Assembly: GCA_963702845.1 (NCBI GenBank)
Contig: OY969763.1
Coordinates: 1,024,001 to 1,088,000, forward strand
Direction: 5' to 3'
Source: an uncultured Verrucomicrobiae bacterium
GTDB taxonomy: Bacteria > Verrucomicrobiota > Verrucomicrobiia > Limisphaerales > Palsa-1400
Length of the DNA: 64,000 nucleotides
Within the stretch, counting starts at the first letter, position 1. Each line of letters opens with the position of its first letter. Below the pieces are notes generated by a model, which worked only from the letters and a program-made list of their open reading frames with translations, was not told the DNA's origin and did no database searches. The position numbers were made by a program, and so were the translations under genes. Below are positions 60,212-64,000 of this stretch, piece after piece.

Positions 60212-61128
60212 ACAGAGATCAGTGAAACCAAAATAGACAGCGCGATGATCCCAGCCACGACGATGAGCGAAACATTAATAGGAATGTGATGCCATTTCGC
60301 AATCAGCATTTTCCCGCCGATGAACACCAGCACGATCGACAGCCCGAATTTTAGATAACGGAAATACGAAATGGCGCCTGCCAAAACGAAATAGAGCGAA
60401 CGTAAACCGAGGATGGCAAATACATTTGAGGTGAACACAATGAATGTCTTTTCCGTGACCGCGAAAATCGCGGGAATAGAATCAAGAGCGAAGATGAGGT
60501 CGGTTGTTTCGACCATTAACAGTACAAGCGCGAGCGGAGTGAGGGCACGGCCCCATTGATCCGGGTAATGAATTTTTGACCGTCGAAATTCGTGAGAGAC
60601 GGGAAAAACTTTTTGGCGAGGCGAATGACCACGTTTTTTTCCGGATCAACGCCTTGCTCGTTCGGCATGGCCATGCGAATGCCCGTAAACACAAGAAACC
60701 CTCCAAAAATATATAAAACCCAATGAAACGTGGAAATCAGCGCGCCGCCGATGCCGATCATAATGCCGCGCATGACCAGTGCGCCGACAATTCCCCAGAA
60801 CAAGACGCGATGTTGCTGTGAGGCGGAACGGCGAAGTAATCCGAAGATCAACGCCATGACGAACACATTGTCCATCGAGAGCGAGAGTTCGATGAGATAG
60901 CCGGTGAGAAACTCGATCGATTCGTCATCGCCGCGCCACGACAAGAGTCCGCGCGCAAAGAGCAGGGCGAGCAGGAACCAGATAGATGCTCCAGAGCAGC
61001 GCTTCTTTGAAACGGACGACGTGTGCCGACCGATGAAATACGCCAAGGTCGAGCGCGAGGAAGAACAGGATTGCGACAATGAAACCGGCCCAGTGCCAGG
61101 GTGTAATTTGGGTTAGGGCCAACATCAT
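60184..61128 (-). CDS. terC: TerC/Alx family membrane protein (frameshifted)
   Basis: [49 protein letters not shown]. Confidence 0.9.
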
Positions 61129-61243
61129 TTGCTTTTAGATGAAGTCTAAGCTATCCGCGTTCAATCAGCAATTCTGTTGATCTAAAAATAGAGCAAACGG
61201 TGGACAAGCTTATTGCTGCCACCGTCTGGAATTAACGAGATTA

Positions 61244-63797
61244 TTACGCTTCGGCGCGGACGCGTTCTTCGCGGGCGTCTGGGTGCGCCTTCGCCGATCG
61301 AGACGGTGGAAGCTGATCTTCGGGCGTTCGCCTTTGTGCCACCAGAGGACCAGAAACGCTGGCGATGTAGATACTGGAATATGTGCCGGTGACGATACCG
61401 ACCAGGAACGTGAACGCGAAGTCGTTGATTGACGCCGCCACCGAAGAGGTAGAGCGCCATCGTCGACAGGAACACGGTGCCGGAGGTGATGATCGTTCGG
61501 CTCAAGGTTTGGTTGAGCGCTTTGTTCATGACTTCCTTGAACGTGCCGCGCACGCCCAGTTTCAGGTCTTCACGGATACGGTCAAAGATAACGATGGTGT
61601 CGTTAATCGAGAAACCGATGATGGTCAGCACCGCCGCGACCATTGGCGCGCTGAGTTGGCGTCCGGAGATGAAGAAGATGCCGAGGGTCATGAGCACGTC
61701 GTGCATGACGGCGACAACCGCGCCGACCGAGAATGAGAACTCATATCGGAATGCGACGTAAATCAGGATGCCGAATAGCGAAAGGAATGATGCAATGACG
61801 GCTGACTTTTGGATTTCAACACCAACAGTTCCGCCGACATGTTCGCGGCCCATGACCTGGAAGCCAGCGTTCGGGAATGTCTTTTGCAACGTTTGTTCAA
61901 CAGCGGTTGATTTGCCGTCAGGTGTGACGACCTGAAGCATGTCGTGATCTGCGCCTTTTTGATATTGGATCTGAGATTCGCCAGCGATCGGTTCGACCGA
62001 CTTTACGAATGTCTTCAGCGTCGACCTTCTGCTTGAACGCCGAGCGTAATTGCGTCACCACCAGCGAAGTCAATACCCATGACGTTGTGGCCGCGATGAA
62101 AACCCCAGCCAATGCCGATCAACGATAATTACCCATGAGGTGACAAACGCCGGCAAAGCCCAGCGCATGAAGTCCCAGTGCGGGTTCTTAATGATGTGCA
62201 GCATGCCGATGCGATTGAGCCAACCGCGATCGAACAGGAAGTCGAAAATCAAGCGGGTCACGACCAACGCGGTGAACAAGCTCAGCGCGACACCGATGGT
62301 CAGCGTGACACCGAAGCCTTTGACTGGGACCGGTGCCCATATAAATCAGGATGATCGCAGAAATGAGCGTCGGTGCTGTGCGAATCGAAAATGGTGCCGA
62401 ACGCTTTGTCATACGCAGCGGCAATTGCGCCACGCAACGACTTGCCGGTCGCCATTTCTTCACGCAGACGTTCGTAAATCAGAACGTTGGCGTCGACCGC
62501 CATACCGACCGTCAGCACGATGCCAGCGATACCAGGCAGGGTGAGCGTGGTGCCGATTGAGCACATGACACCAAGCAGGATCACGAAGTTGATGAGCATC
62601 GCGATCGTCGCGAGCAAACCGCAGCGGTGATAGTAGACGAGCATGAAGATCGCAACGAAGAGGGTGCCGAGAACGGCCGCTTGCAAGCCGCTGTGAACCG
62701 AGTCTTTACCGAGCGTCGGGTCGACCTGACGAACTTCATCAATCTTGACTGGAGTTTCGAGCGGGTTTTCCAAAACGTTCGCGATGGAGATTGCTTCTGC
62801 GATGTCGAAATTACCCGTAATGACGCCGCGGCCGCCCATGATGGCGCTTTGGATCACAGGAGCGGTTTCTAATTCGCCGTCGAGCACGATGGCGAGACGG
62901 TCACCGATGTGAGTTTGCGTAATTTCGCCGAAGCGCTTCGCGCCTTCGGAATCGAATTCGAACTCGATTTCAGGAGCATTCGAAAGTTGCTCGCGACTGG
63001 GGAAAGCGCGTTTGATGAATTTACCGGTCAGCCCGTTGGCTAACCGCTTTTCAACGAGCAACGGTTCGTAATGTTCCGAACCATCATGAGCCTTTAACCT
63101 TCAGCTTCAAGACTTCGTAGCCGGGTTCGATGATATTTTCCTTGAGCAACTCTTCGCTCTTCGGATGGACCATGCGGAATTCCAGGTAAGCGGCCTGTTG
63201 GATATTCTTTTTTGCGGCGTCCTGATCGGCCTGGGACAAGCCGGGCAACTGAATCAAAATGTGATTCGCGCCAGCAGGTTGAATGACCGGTTCAGCAACA
63301 CCGAGACGGTCGACACGGCGACGGAGAACTTCGGCCGCTTGCGAGATCAATCGGGTGCGTTCTTCTTCTTTAACCAGAACAGTTGTGTTCGTGTCGGCAT
63401 GCGTCAAACGGTTCGTGTCGAGGCTGACCAGGAACTGCGTGCCGCCCTGGAGGTCGAGACCGAGTTTGATTTTGCCCGCGGCTTTGCGCTGTAAACGGTT
63501 CAGGATCGCGTAGTTCGGATCCTTGTCCGCCTTCACATTGTAATAAGGGAAGTAGGCCTGAAGGTCGTTAGTGCCGACGGCTTCGCGCAGCATCGTGAAT
63601 TCGTGCTGCTGGGGATTATTGTCCTTGGCGATGGCCGCTTTTGCATCGTCGACGATTTTATTGAACTTCGCGTCAGGATGTTGAGCTTCCTCCTGGAAAA
63701 TCTTCACCAACGGTTGATTCGTGGGCGGATAAATTTCCCAAACCGACCATGCCACGAGGAATACGATTAACGCCCACCAGAATTTTCTATTTTTCAT
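61244..63797 (-). CDS. secDF: Protein translocase SecDF fusion (frameshifted)
   Basis: KLGLDLQGG, RRRVDRLGVAEP, GMAVDANVLIYER, GFSINDTIVIFDRIRE, GTYSSIYIA. Confidence 0.93.
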
Positions 63798-63806
63798 TGT
63801 TGTTTA

Positions 63807-64000
63807 TCAGGAAGCGGCAACAGCTTCGCCACTGCGCTCGGTTACATCTGCGATTGCGGACTTCAGAACTTCCAGTTTCGTGTCCGCAGAACGTAAAGAT
63901 ACGGTTTTGTCTTTGATGCTGAGCACCACGCCAAGAATGCCGCTGGTCGTGACGACTTTGTCGCCGGGACGCAGGCCTTTCATGAGGGTGTCATGTTCTT
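63807..64000 (-). CDS. yajC: Preprotein translocase subunit YajC, 3' part
   Basis: LRPGDKVVTTSGILG...KSAIA; directly upstream of secDF; 5' end outside window. Confidence 0.9.
   Translation of the reverse strand, partial: EHDTLMKGLRPGDKVVTTSGILGVVLSIKDKTVSLRSADTKLEVLKSAIADVTERSGEAVAAS

Noticed and set aside
61129..61243. yybP-ykoY manganese riboswitch upstream of terC
   Set aside because: The intergenic gap is short and I could not recognise the conserved elements; an Rfam search would be needed.
49440..63800. Mass pseudogenisation of housekeeping genes
   Set aside because: Motifs are intact and lesions appear to be small indels, including in secDF; assembly error is more parsimonious.

Overview
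Bacterial chromosomal window. It is most likely Verrucomicrobiota (Pedosphaera/Limisphaerales-like); this is inferred from gene families, the shared C-terminal domains and repeat types, not from a marker gene. 1-20.5 kb is accessory, surface-protein-rich DNA: five large secreted proteins sharing a ~60-aa C-terminal domain ending in Pro, ferritin, a sulfatase, dense REP-like and phased repeats, and an extracytosolic flavinylation/redox operon (DUF3570 barrel, ApbE, TlpA, DUF4266) flanked by two Ig-domain proteins and a two-component pair. 20.6-29.2 kb holds an M20 peptidase, an eda remnant, a BlaI plus BlaR1(M56)-secretin-like fusion with a perfect operator, a metallophosphoesterase, murA, prmC, and a membrane protein starting with a ParB-like peptide. 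29.3-44.9 kb is a type II secretion operon with a predicted sigma-54 promoter, bracketed by a Spy/ZraP-like gene and a sensor kinase/NtrC-type pair; its secretin is split into two separately exported polypeptides inside an N-domain loop. 44.9-64 kb holds an FAD/Fe-S oxidoreductase, a 21-bp palindrome/9-nt-spacer array, and housekeeping genes (APC-USP, MFS, O-antigen ligase, leuC, aroF, recJ, exoD-like, terC, secDF, yajC), most with frameshifts that look like sequencing errors. Best candidates for undescribed biology: the split secretin T2SS with a possible C-terminal cargo signal, a putatively flavinylated Ig-domain surface protein, the M56-secretin fusion and the 21-bp array.
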